A stretch of 60,345 nucleotides of DNA, filler included, from Fonticula-like sp. SCN 57-25 (GCA_001724245.1; 3 parts of 3 records of this genome joined end to end with filler, not necessarily neighbours in it); one strand, 5' to 3'. Positions 8,377 to 17,178 are shown, numbered from the whole stretch's first letter. A program made the numbers and translations. The notes: generated by a model not told the origin, from the letters alone.

Positions 8377-8690
8377 TTATCCGAGCCCCATCAACGCCGC
8401 GAGCAGCGCTCCGACCTTGAACAGGATGCCGCCGAGCAGTTTTGGCACGGCGAAGGCCAGCGCTGTTGCGAGCCACTTCGGCAGCAGTGGCGGTTTAGGG
8501 GTGGTTCTGGGGACACGGCGCTTAGCCAAGGGCGAAGTCCTTCATTGAGAAAAATCTCAATGCGGATCCCGCTTCGCTTTTGTGCGCCAGATTCGGTTGC
8601 CACTGCAAACAGATTAAGGCGCTCGCCCACGCCTTCAATGGTGCGCGCGCGTTCTCCACACCCACCAGCACATTTTTCTTGGAATCCAAA

Positions 8691-9086
8691 ATGCTCCATG
8701 ACTCCGTCTCCGCCCGCTTCGGCGGCCGAGACTTCACGCTCAAAATCAGCCGAGCCGACTTGCCGGCTTTCGAGGCCGCTACCGGCGACTCGGCGTTCGC
8801 AGTGTTGAAGGCAATACACGCCGGCACCTGGACGGTGCGTCAGTTGAAATCCGTCGTTGGCTTCGCCATGGCGGCGCCCGAGCAACTCCGGTTGGCTCGG
8901 GCGATGGCTCGAGCATCCCAGCACGGAATGGCCGGCTTGGAGCCTACCGCGACGCACGTTGAGCGCGTTTTAGCAACTCGCCCGCCGGCGATCTATGCAC
9001 CCCTCGCCGAGGCCATCTTAGGGGCCGCGCTTTTTGGCATCACCGCCGAGGAAGCTACTTTCACGGATGAGCCAGATGGCGCGTGA
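8691..9086 (+). CDS. Tail assembly chaperone, GTA-gp10-like
   Basis: FGGRDFTLKI...FEAATG...GTWTVRQL...LAEAILGAALFG pattern; sits before gp10 and the tape measure. Confidence 0.65.
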   Translation: MLHDSVSARFGGRDFTLKISRADLPAFEAATGDSAFAVLKAIHAGTWTVRQLKSVVGFAMAAPEQLRLARAMARASQHGMAGLEPTATHVERVLATRPPAIYAPLAEAILGAALFGITAEEATFTDEPDGA

Positions 9087-9483
9087 CGCCAGCGTCCGCG
9101 ACTTCGCTCGCCGCCTGGCTCGAGTGCCGGTGTCCATCCGCGCCGCCACAAATAAGGCAATCGCCAAGAATGCGGAAGAATGGGTGCGGGTCTCGCGCGC
9201 CACGGCGCCAAAAGATACCGAGGACGGTACGCCGCTGCATGACAGCATCCGGCGCCACACCACCGAAAGCGGCGGACAGGTTGTGCGTGCCGGCGGACCG
9301 CCCACCACGAAGCCGAGCGCTGGCGGACAGGTCGACTATGCCATTTCCCAGGAGTTTGGCACCGCCGCAATGACGGCTAGCCCATTCTTCTGGCCGGTCT
9401 ATCGATCCTTCAAAAAGCGATGGGCGACCCGGCGCCGCTCCGCAATGAACAAGGCCTTCAAGGAATTCAACAATGGCGGGTGA
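9076..9483 (+). CDS. HK97 gp10-family tail-component protein
   Basis: APKDTEDGTPLHDSI...YAISQEFGTAAMTASPFFWPVY signature. Confidence 0.85.
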   Translation: MARDASVRDFARRLARVPVSIRAATNKAIAKNAEEWVRVSRATAPKDTEDGTPLHDSIRRHTTESGGQVVRAGGPPTTKPSAGGQVDYAISQEFGTAAMTASPFFWPVYRSFKKRWATRRRSAMNKAFKEFNNGG

Positions 9484-10969
9484 ACCGACCCTCTACGCGC
9501 GCATGGAGTTGCGCCTCAACGACTTCGAACGGAAGCTCGCCAGGGCAACGAAGTCCGCAGACGGCGCCATGTCGAAGATCGAGCGCCGTAGCGATCGCAT
9601 GGCGTCGCGGATAGCGAGCGTCGGCGCCGGTGCCTTCAGCGGTCTAGCCAAAGGCGCGGCCGGCGTGCTGCTGCCTCTGCTCACGGCCAGCGCCGCAATT
9701 GATGGCACGAAGGCCGCGCTCGAGGCGTTCGGGGCCGTAGCGGACAATTCGGCCGCAGCAGGACTCGACGCGGAATTTTGGCAGTCTCTGGCGTACCAGG
9801 CGAGCCTGGGTGGCGTGGCGATCGACCAACTATCCGGCGCCTTGTCCACATTCGCCAAGAACAGTGGTCTCGCCGCTGAGGGCAAGGGGAGGATGGTCAC
9901 CAGCCTCAAGGCGCTAGACCCCGTCCTGCTCGAGAACATTCGGAAGGCGACCACACAAGAGGCCCGCATCCGACTTGTGGCCGACGCGCTCGCCAAAGAA
10001 ACCGACGCGAGCCGAAAAGCTGCCATTGCTACTGCGGCGTTCGGCGATGCCGGCCTGAAGCTCGCCAACGTCTTCTCGGGTGGCGCGGCGCAGATTGACG
10101 CTATGGCAGCGAAGGCCCGCGACCTCGGTTTGATCGTCGACCGCGACGTAATCGCCAAGGCCGACGCGATCGGCGACTCGTTCGACACAACGAGTCAGAT
10201 TCTCGACCTGAAGGTCAAAACGGCGCTGGTGAACCTCGGCCCGCTGCTCGTGTGGCTTACCGGCCTAACTGGCGACTTGGCTGCCGCTGCCGGCACCGTG
10301 TTCGACAGCTTCAACGGGATCGGCGATCGAGCCACCAGCACGTTGGAGGCGCAACTTACGGCCCTGCGTGACTCGATGTCGAAGCCGATTGGCTTTGGCG
10401 GCACCCTGCAGGGCATGTTCGACCCGGCCGCGGTTAGGGCCGAAATCGCCAAGATCGAGGCCGAGATATTCCGGCGCGCGGACCAGGGCAGCGTGGTGAA
10501 GCTGAAGGGCATTGCGCCGACAGCGCCCGACCTTCCGACGCTCGATGAAATCGAGACGCGCAACTCCGCCGCAGCCGCGACGCTTCGCCAGGCCGAAGCG
10601 GTCAAGGCGTTGATTGCCGACCTTGAATTCGAGCAGTCGCTACTTGGGAAGTCAGAGACACAGCAGGCTGTGGACACGGCATTACGCCAGGCTGGCGCCG
10701 CAGCAACCGCCGAGCAGCGAGCCAAGATCGAGCAACTGACTGTGGCGATCGCCGAGCAGCGGGCAGAGATCGAGGCCAACCAGCAGGCAATGGCCGAGTT
10801 CGGTGAAATCGCCCGATCGGCGACGCGATCGATGATCGATGACCTTGTAGCCGGGAAAACTGCCGCGGAAGCGTTCGGCAACGTGTTGTCGGACATCGGC
10901 AGCAGACTGGTCGATTTGGGACTTACCGCGCCAGTTGGCGGCGTTTTCACATTGGAGTTGGCTGCGTGA
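9473..10969 (+). CDS. Short tail tape-measure-like protein
   Basis: N-terminal ELRLNDFERKLARA, Ala-rich helical body, KARDLGLIVD motif; 498 aa; follows gp10. Confidence 0.75.
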   Translation: MAGEPTLYARMELRLNDFERKLARATKSADGAMSKIERRSDRMASRIASVGAGAFSGLAKGAAGVLLPLLTASAAIDGTKAALEAFGAVADNSAAAGLDAEFWQSLAYQASLGGVAIDQLSGALSTFAKNSGLAAEGKGRMVTSLKALDPVLLENIRKATTQEARIRLVADALAKETDASRKAAIATAAFGDAGLKLANVFSGGAAQIDAMAAKARDLGLIVDRDVIAKADAIGDSFDTTSQILDLKVKTALVNLGPLLVWLTGLTGDLAAAAGTVFDSFNGIGDRATSTLEAQLTALRDSMSKPIGFGGTLQGMFDPAAVRAEIAKIEAEIFRRADQGSVVKLKGIAPTAPDLPTLDEIETRNSAAAATLRQAEAVKALIADLEFEQSLLGKSETQQAVDTALRQAGAAATAEQRAKIEQLTVAIAEQRAEIEANQQAMAEFGEIARSATRSMIDDLVAGKTAAEAFGNVLSDIGSRLVDLGLTAPVGGVFTLELAA

Positions 10970-11700
10970 CAGCGTTCCTGTCTTTCCCATATCCCGACCG
11001 CATTGAGCTCTTTGCCGACGGCGCGACCTGCCTGCCAAACGGCCTGCTGATTGCCGCTACCGACAAGATCGTCGTTTCGCGCCAAGTGCCATTGGCCGTG
11101 GTCGGGCGCGGCAATCACGGCGACCTGGTGAAGATGACCGATGCGATCCTCAAGCTAACGGCCTGCGGTTCGATCGACGACACGCTCGAGCAACTCGCCG
11201 GCGCTCTTGATGACGTTCGCGTCGATCCGGGCGAGCCGCCTGGTCAGCATTTCGAGCTTGTCATCGCCGCATACTCAGAGACGCACGGTCCGTGCCACTT
11301 CGTGCTGAACAGTTATGGCGGTCCCGAACTACCTGCCTGGACCCTCATCGACCGCTCTGGCGAGATGATCGGCGGCGGCAACGTGCCTAGTCCGGCGGAT
11401 GTCGAGGCGGCTGGGCTGAATGCAGAGACGTTCGCCAACGGCGCCGCGGTGGGCGGGCTGGCGCTGATGGAGATGATGCGCCGGCTGCCAGGCAAGGACG
11501 AAACCCGTGAGGGCGCTACGCACGGCTTCTGGATCGGCTGTCACGTCGACCATGCGGTTATCAGCGCGGCGGGGGTGAGCGTGATCCGGCTTCACACTTG
11601 GCCGGACCAGCTGTTCAAGCCAATCGAGCCCTACCGCGACTTGTCGGCCGGCGATCCCGCTGCCGGTCCCAACGGACCGGTGAGTTCATCGAGCGTGTAA
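10966..11700 (+). CDS. Ntn-hydrolase fold, proteasome-beta/HslV-like protein
   Basis: After Met removal: Thr1, Asp17, Lys33, Gly46/48; later ELVIAAYS..GPCHF and IGCHVDHAVISAAG segments echo beta-subunit strands; GGAG RBS and GTGA overlap with the tape measure. Confidence 0.6.
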   Translation: MTAFLSFPYPDRIELFADGATCLPNGLLIAATDKIVVSRQVPLAVVGRGNHGDLVKMTDAILKLTACGSIDDTLEQLAGALDDVRVDPGEPPGQHFELVIAAYSETHGPCHFVLNSYGGPELPAWTLIDRSGEMIGGGNVPSPADVEAAGLNAETFANGAAVGGLALMEMMRRLPGKDETREGATHGFWIGCHVDHAVISAAGVSVIRLHTWPDQLFKPIEPYRDLSAGDPAAGPNGPVSSSSV

Positions 11701-11843
11701 GCGCGGCCAGACGTGTCGTGGATCATGATCCGCCCAGCGCCGGCACTCTTTAGCTCGTGATACTGCACGACCGCCGCCTCTGGCGTCGCTGCTTCACGTT
11801 GCCATGTCCCGGTCAACATTGAGTAGGTGATGATGAAAGCCAT
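11631..11843 (-). CDS. Small hypothetical protein
   Basis: MAFIITYSMLTGTWQRE...; GGAG upstream of ATG. Confidence 0.5.
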   Translation of the reverse strand: MAFIITYSMLTGTWQREAATPEAAVVQYHELKSAGAGRIMIHDTSGRAYTLDELTGPLGPAAGSPADKSR

Positions 11844-11944
11844 GACCGCTCTTTCTCCGCACGTGGGCAACGTGCGCATGAGAAACGGGCGGTGGCATTC
11901 CCTGAGTTTCACTTATCAGAGTCCGCACACCGGCGGCAACCTGG

Positions 11945-12058
11945 CTAGCCTCTAGGGGTCGCCATAAGCCCCACCAACACGATTCCGGCGGCGATCAGAA
12001 CGACGATCGCCAGCCACGCAACGATCATCCAACCGTACCCGTAACGCCCCCTAAGCAC
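11945..12058 (-). CDS. 37-aa single-pass membrane peptide
   Basis: MLRGRYGYGWMIVAWLAIVVLIAAGIVLVGLMATPRG; GGAGGA RBS at 12063-12068. Confidence 0.5.
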   Translation of the reverse strand: MLRGRYGYGWMIVAWLAIVVLIAAGIVLVGLMATPRG

Positions 12059-12320
12059 GTCGTCCTCCCAAGGGCCGCTGGAGTGAACACTCTGCCCTGG
12101 CCCGACGGGCATCAGGTGCAATCATAGTCTGTCCCGTACACGCTTCAATAGCGGCAACGGCGGCCAACCTCAGGAAACCCCCATGACCACCACGCCGCGC
12201 CCCCAGCGCGAAAACATCAACACGTCCGAAAACCGCAGGCTCATCGCCGCCGACGTCGCTCGCATCGTTGCAGCCGACGAAGCCAAGGCGGCATCGCGCA
12301 TCAAGCCGGAGATCCGCTAA

Positions 12321-14333
12321 TTGCCCCTGCCGACCATTTACAACACCGGCACCGCGTCGGTTGCCAACGGCGCTACGACCATCACTATCGTCGGTGCGGT
12401 GTCCAACGCCATCTATGCCGGCGATTTCTTCATGGACCCGGCGCAGCCGCTCGTGCCGCCGCAGCGCATCGCGTCGGTCACCGGCGGCGGCGTTTACGAG
12501 CTCGCGGTCGGCTGGCCTGGCGCGGCGATGACGTCTGACCCGTACGAGGTGCGGTTCACGCACGATGGTGTTCGCACCTCGGAGCGCACGCGCCAACTCA
12601 TTGAAAAGATGTCCGTCGTCGAGGCTAATGGTCGCGGTCTGTTCTATCTTTTTGCCACGGCGACGTCCGACGCCGACCCCGGCGCCGGCTACCTGCGGCT
12701 CAACAATGCCACGCCGGGCAGCGCAACGGCCGCTTACCTCGACAACTCGGATGCCAACGGCGCACCCGTTCAGACCATCCTCGACACTTGGGACGACAAT
12801 GGCGCCACCGGCGGCCGCGGCCAATTGTGGGTGCGCTCGGTCGCCTCACCGGCCACGTTCCATGCCTACACTGTCACGGGCTCTGTGGTCGACGGCACCG
12901 GCTACCGCAAGCTGACTCTGTCCTATGTCGGCGGCTCCGGCTCGCTCGTGGCGGACGACGAGTTGATGGTTGATTTTGTGTCGGTTGGCCCGGCCGGCGC
13001 GCCTGGCGCAGCTGGCACCAATGGCACCAACGGAACAAATGGCACCAATGGCACCGACGGCAAGTTCAGCGGCACCGAGGTCATCAAGACCGCCGCGTAC
13101 ACTGCGCTCGCGGCCGATGTCGGCAAGACAATCATCCTGAACAAGGCGACGGCAGACACGCTGTCGTTCGCTGCCGCAGCCACCCTTGGCTCAACTTGGA
13201 TGGTGATGGTTAAGAACATCGGCACCGGCACGTGGTCCCTGGATCCGAATGGCGCTGAGACGATCGATGGCCTATCGACCATCTCGCTGGCACAGGGTGA
13301 GAGTATTGTTGTTTCGTCCAACGCGACGGCGTTGCGGAGCTTCTTTCGTGGGTCTGCGGCGTTCACTCAGTTCACGGCGGCGACCTCTTCGTCTCCGGCG
13401 CAACTCGACCTGGCCGAGCAAACGACCAACGGCACTAACAAGGTATCGCTGAAAGCACCGGCCTCGCTGACAGCCGACCGTGTGCAAACTCTGCCGGACG
13501 CGGCTGGAACGTTCATACTGGGGGCGACCGGTGCCATCGACAATCGCTTGCTCCGCAGTGACGGTTCGGGCGGCTCAACGCTTCAGGCCTCTGGCGTAAC
13601 GCTGGCAGACACCGATGACATGACGATACCGGGCGTTTTGGTAGTCGGAGACAACGGCAAATTCTCGTTCTATGATAACGCGACAGATGCGATCTTTCAG
13701 GTCAACGGTGCATCGAGCAATTTCAACATTTATCACTCTGGCCTTGGCGCAACTATACTGAACTATAGCCAAGCAGACAGCCGCTGGACCACGCGCGGTG
13801 AACTTCGCCCTAGTGCGGACAACACATACACCCTTGGTGCATCAGGCGCACGCTGGAGTCAGGTATGGGCGGCGACGGCGACCATCAACACCTCCGATGC
13901 CAGGACTAAGGCGGACATCGAGGACAGTCATCTGGGGCTCGATTTCATTCTGCAGCTACGGCCAGTGAGCTACCGCTTTTGTGTAGGCGGCAACCGCTGG
14001 CAGGACACCGGTGCCACCGAAGAGTATTTGGAGCCGCAACCCGATGGTACTACGGAAGTCAGAACCCGTGCGCTACAGGAACTTGTGCCGGTGCCCGGCC
14101 AGCGGAGACACTTCGGCTTGATCGCTCAGGAGGTCAAGGATGCGTTGGACCTCGCCGAGTGCGCGGATTTTGGCGGATGGGTTCTGACCGATAAAGACGA
14201 TTTGAATAGCGAACAGGGACTTAGATACGAGGAGTTCATCGCGCCGCTGGTCAAAGCAATACAGGAGCAGCAAGAGCAGATCGAATCTTTGCGAGCTGCG
14301 CTTCAAGGGTGGGATGACGTAACGGCGGTCTAA
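12321..14333 (+). CDS. Tail fibre protein with collagen-like repeats and C-terminal intramolecular chaperone (peptidase S74-like)
   Basis: YNTGTASVANG N-terminus; GPAGAPGAA(GTN)4; SDARTK...LRPVSY...GLIAQEV...LRYEEFIAPLVKAIQE. Confidence 0.88.
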   Translation: MPLPTIYNTGTASVANGATTITIVGAVSNAIYAGDFFMDPAQPLVPPQRIASVTGGGVYELAVGWPGAAMTSDPYEVRFTHDGVRTSERTRQLIEKMSVVEANGRGLFYLFATATSDADPGAGYLRLNNATPGSATAAYLDNSDANGAPVQTILDTWDDNGATGGRGQLWVRSVASPATFHAYTVTGSVVDGTGYRKLTLSYVGGSGSLVADDELMVDFVSVGPAGAPGAAGTNGTNGTNGTNGTDGKFSGTEVIKTAAYTALAADVGKTIILNKATADTLSFAAAATLGSTWMVMVKNIGTGTWSLDPNGAETIDGLSTISLAQGESIVVSSNATALRSFFRGSAAFTQFTAATSSSPAQLDLAEQTTNGTNKVSLKAPASLTADRVQTLPDAAGTFILGATGAIDNRLLRSDGSGGSTLQASGVTLADTDDMTIPGVLVVGDNGKFSFYDNATDAIFQVNGASSNFNIYHSGLGATILNYSQADSRWTTRGELRPSADNTYTLGASGARWSQVWAATATINTSDARTKADIEDSHLGLDFILQLRPVSYRFCVGGNRWQDTGATEEYLEPQPDGTTEVRTRALQELVPVPGQRRHFGLIAQEVKDALDLAECADFGGWVLTDKDDLNSEQGLRYEEFIAPLVKAIQEQQEQIESLRAALQGWDDVTAV

Positions 14334-14548
14334 CGCCCCACCGCGCCACATGTGACCGTCCGAATCCTTTTCCCTGGAGGAGCGGCGGACCTGCAGCCGG
14401 CGTCTTGCCCCGGACGTCGGCTGCTTACACCTTTTGGTGAGTGGACCGGCGCTGGCGAATGCCTTTTATTTTCTAGGCCCTAGCCTTCTGCGTCCACACC
14501 GACGGCTGGGGTGGCGGATGCCAAGGCCCCCCGCGGCATCCGCCTCTT

Positions 14549-14563
14549 GTTCTCTTTTCGTTC
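14549..14563. promoter_or_regulatory. Alphaproteobacterial LexA (SOS) box
   Basis: GTTC-TCTTTTC-GTTC overlapping a TTGTTC...TATCCT promoter, about 43 bp upstream of ATG 14606. Confidence 0.75.
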
Positions 14564-14605
14564 ACGGTGCTATCCTCAGGCCCTTCACTGGCAATGGAGG
14601 ACAGA

Positions 14606-14893
14606 ATGTACCGCCAACCCCTCACAACGCCCGGCAAGGCACCGGAACCCAAGGCCCAGAAAACCAAGCTGATCGTGCTGCTCGCGTTCGATCGCGGCGA
14701 AGACGGCGAGTTGCTGCCGTCGTTCGAACCTCGCGAGATGCCGGACGAACGCCGCGCCGTTCAGACAGCCAGGGAGATGGCGACGCGGCATCCGGGTGTC
14801 ATCACCTGGTCGCGTGACGCCGACTTGAAGGCTGGCGAGTTCGGACCACCGGTGGTGCTGTTTCAGGCGGGCGACGTGCCGGAGCTCGAGTGA
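14606..14893 (+). CDS. Hypothetical protein (putatively SOS-regulated)
   Basis: GGAGG RBS; LIVLLAFDRGEDGEL...GVITWSR...GEFGPPVVLF; LexA box upstream. Confidence 0.7.
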   Translation: MYRQPLTTPGKAPEPKAQKTKLIVLLAFDRGEDGELLPSFEPREMPDERRAVQTAREMATRHPGVITWSRDADLKAGEFGPPVVLFQAGDVPELE

Positions 14894-15207
14894 TGGGCAG
14901 GTTCCCCAAGACAGTCCGAGAGTTCATCGAAGCCGGCCGGCAGGTCATTCAGGAATGCGAGGCCTGCCGGCGTAAGGCGCCTATGGACCTCTCCATGCTG
15001 GAGCTCACTTTCGGCGGTGACTTCGACCTTTTCGCCAGCATGCGCGAAATGCGCGACCGGCTGAGTTGCCCTGCTTGTGGCCACCCGCGGCCGTTGATCG
15101 AGTTCTACAATCCGACGGCGACGCACTTCCGCGATGTGGGCTTTGACGAGTCGGTGACGTCGGCGTTGGAGTTCAGCGCGTATAACCGGGCGCGGAAGGC
15201 GAGCTAG
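14890..15207 (+). CDS. Small zinc-ribbon protein
   Basis: CEAC and CPAC pairs; coupled to the upstream gene. Confidence 0.65.
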   Translation: MMGRFPKTVREFIEAGRQVIQECEACRRKAPMDLSMLELTFGGDFDLFASMREMRDRLSCPACGHPRPLIEFYNPTATHFRDVGFDESVTSALEFSAYNRARKAS

Positions 15208-15590
15208 CGTCGCTTTCCCCGCCGTCGCGGCCGGGTGACGGCTTTTGCCTTTTCTGACAAGCTTTCCAGGATGCTCGCCTGTTCTTCCGCGCGGATCTCG
15301 ATGTACGCCTCGCGGACGTCACGATCTATGTCGACGATCGCCTGCTCCTCTTGGACCTCCTCGACTAGGAGCATCCACCACGACAACGTTCGGTTGTCAT
15401 CCCGGAAGAAGTGTCGACTGATCACTTTCACAGGACCGAAAGTGCCGAGGTCGCTGAGGCCGTTCAGCATGTCGCCGACGGCTGGAAGCGTTCCAAATCG
15501 ATTGATGGCAAACTCGCAGCAAGCGTCCACGACGTCGGGCGCGGAACGCATGACGATCTGAACGGTTGGCAGAACGATCAAATCGCTCAT
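15204..15590 (-). CDS. Hypothetical protein
   Basis: 128-aa ORF starting 12 bp downstream of the xis-like gene on the same strand. Confidence 0.55.
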   Translation of the reverse strand: MSDLIVLPTVQIVMRSAPDVVDACCEFAINRFGTLPAVGDMLNGLSDLGTFGPVKVISRHFFRDDNRTLSWWMLLVEEVQEEQAIVDIDRDVREAYIEIRAEEQASILESLSEKAKAVTRPRRRGKRR

Positions 15591-15602
15591 CGCGTCAGCT
15601 AA

Positions 15603-16106
15603 CTAGGTCCACGAACGGGCGGCTTCGCGGGCGAGCTCTCGCCCCGCGTCCGTCAACGATAGTGTATCCCCGTCGTCGAGGATGAAACCTCGCCTAGCCA
15701 AGCTGGCGCGCGATTGTGGGCCTGCACCCTCTAACGTTTCCGGGGCAGCAGGAGCGCCGCGCCGATAGAGCGACAGCAGTAGGCGGCGCTCCCACGGGGT
15801 GAGCTCGCGTGCCTTGCGTAGCTCGGCTTGCGCCGGCGTCCCCAGCGAGAAGTCCCACTCGTCGTCTTCCTGCTCATCCTCGGCGCCGCCAGGCAGACGG
15901 GCGAATGCCTGCTCGATTTCGATGCGCGACCACACCCGCCGCGTGTCGATCTGCTTCGGCTTCGGCATGCGGCCATCTTTCACCATCTCGTCGAACTTCG
16001 TCGGCGAGACATCAATGTAGGCGGCCGCCACTTCGCGGCTCAATCCCAACGGCGGCAGCGACGGCGGCAGGATGTCCTGGCGTTTAGGTTTGCGCCCTTC
16101 GGTCAC
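15603..16106 (-). CDS. Excisionase/AlpA-like HTH fused to a second winged-helix-like domain
   Basis: PLGLSREVAAAYIDVSPTKFDEMVKDGRMPKPKQIDTRRVW; acidic linker; LARRGFI...LSLTDAGRELA wing motif. Confidence 0.7.
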   Translation of the reverse strand: MTEGRKPKRQDILPPSLPPLGLSREVAAAYIDVSPTKFDEMVKDGRMPKPKQIDTRRVWSRIEIEQAFARLPGGAEDEQEDDEWDFSLGTPAQAELRKARELTPWERRLLLSLYRRGAPAAPETLEGAGPQSRASLARRGFILDDGDTLSLTDAGRELAREAARSWT

Positions 16107-16219
16107 TGGAACCACTCAGTCTCGGCGTCCGCCAGCGGGGTTGTCAGCGAGGCCACCACAGTTGCCGCGACGACTAGGCCGCCAACCAGGGCTAATGCGA
16201 CGACCACGAAGCGGGTCAT
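16103..16219 (-). CDS. 38-aa hydrophobic peptide
   Basis: MTRFVVVALALVGGLVVAATVVASLTTPLADAETEWFQ; GTGA overlap with the xis-like gene. Confidence 0.4.
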   Translation of the reverse strand: MTRFVVVALALVGGLVVAATVVASLTTPLADAETEWFQ

Positions 16220-17178
16220 TCTCCCCGCGGCTGCCGCTTGTGGACGGGCAAGAACAATTGTCGGACCGGATGACATCTCAACGCAACCTATAGTTTAGGC
16301 GCGTATTTGATCACAACAGACGCGTTGGAGTCGAGTCCATCTGCCGACGCATATTATCGCATATTCTATAATCGATATGCGAATACATGCATGCGCCCCT
16401 CCTCCGACGTCGATAAACAATCGTGTCAACAATTAAATACAACAAGACCACCGCCCCCAGAGGGGTGTGGCTACTTGTTTTTCGCATGAATCAGCACAGG
16501 GTGCCTAGCGGAGCGTGACAACTCCCGCGATTAGGGCCGCCAAGCCCGGTTCGCACCCAGAGCGACGACCTATCCCGCCAAGGATTTGCCGTCGAAGAGA
16601 CCGCGCCAACACTTCGTCGGCGCGACCGGCATCCTTATGCCGGGAGTCCGACCGCCATGCAATAGCCTCTCGGAGGTAAAAGCGGCCGGGCATGTTCTCT
16701 GGACATGTTGTCACCCTCCCGGTGCGCGGCCGACCTGCGCATGGCCGTGACAAGCCAAATCCGGAGCCACAATCAAAATGACCATCACCACCCCTGCCCC
16801 CACCCTGGCCGAGATCGAACGCCTGATGCAGATCGCATGCGGTGAGCTTGTGCTCATGCGCGGCAGGATTCGAATGGAAGCCACCGGCACCGAGACTGCC
16901 GTCGAGTTTTACCTACCAGCGCGCCATGGTGGAAAAGCTTGATGCGAAATTCGACAGCCAACACCAACAAAGCTCTTTATTGGGGCCCGAACACCGGATG
17001 GACCGGTGGCAAGGAGAAATCTAAATGACAAATGATCTAGAAAGATTCATCGGTTGGCACAGCGATTTGGCGTCGATCCTGAATACTAGGAAGGCCGCCT
17101 AGCCCCTAGGTGCGCCGTTAGGATGGCGGTTATGACATCGTCAATAACCGCCAAATACCTCAACACAATCAATAGGTT

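Larger units (their letters stand above)
1..17178. mobile_element. Integrated phage-derived element (satellite-like or defective prophage) abutting the 3' end of tRNA-Ser; left end lies outside the window
   Basis: int, alpA, rep, prohead protease, terS, head-tail adaptor, tail genes and tail fibre in one orientation; housekeeping genes resume after the tRNA. The second att copy is not visible. Confidence 0.85.

Noticed and set aside
13013-13060. 9-bp GGCACCAA(T/C) tandem repeat as a contingency locus or DGR target
   Set aside because: In-frame collagen-like GTN repeats of the tail fibre; no reverse transcriptase or template repeat seen.
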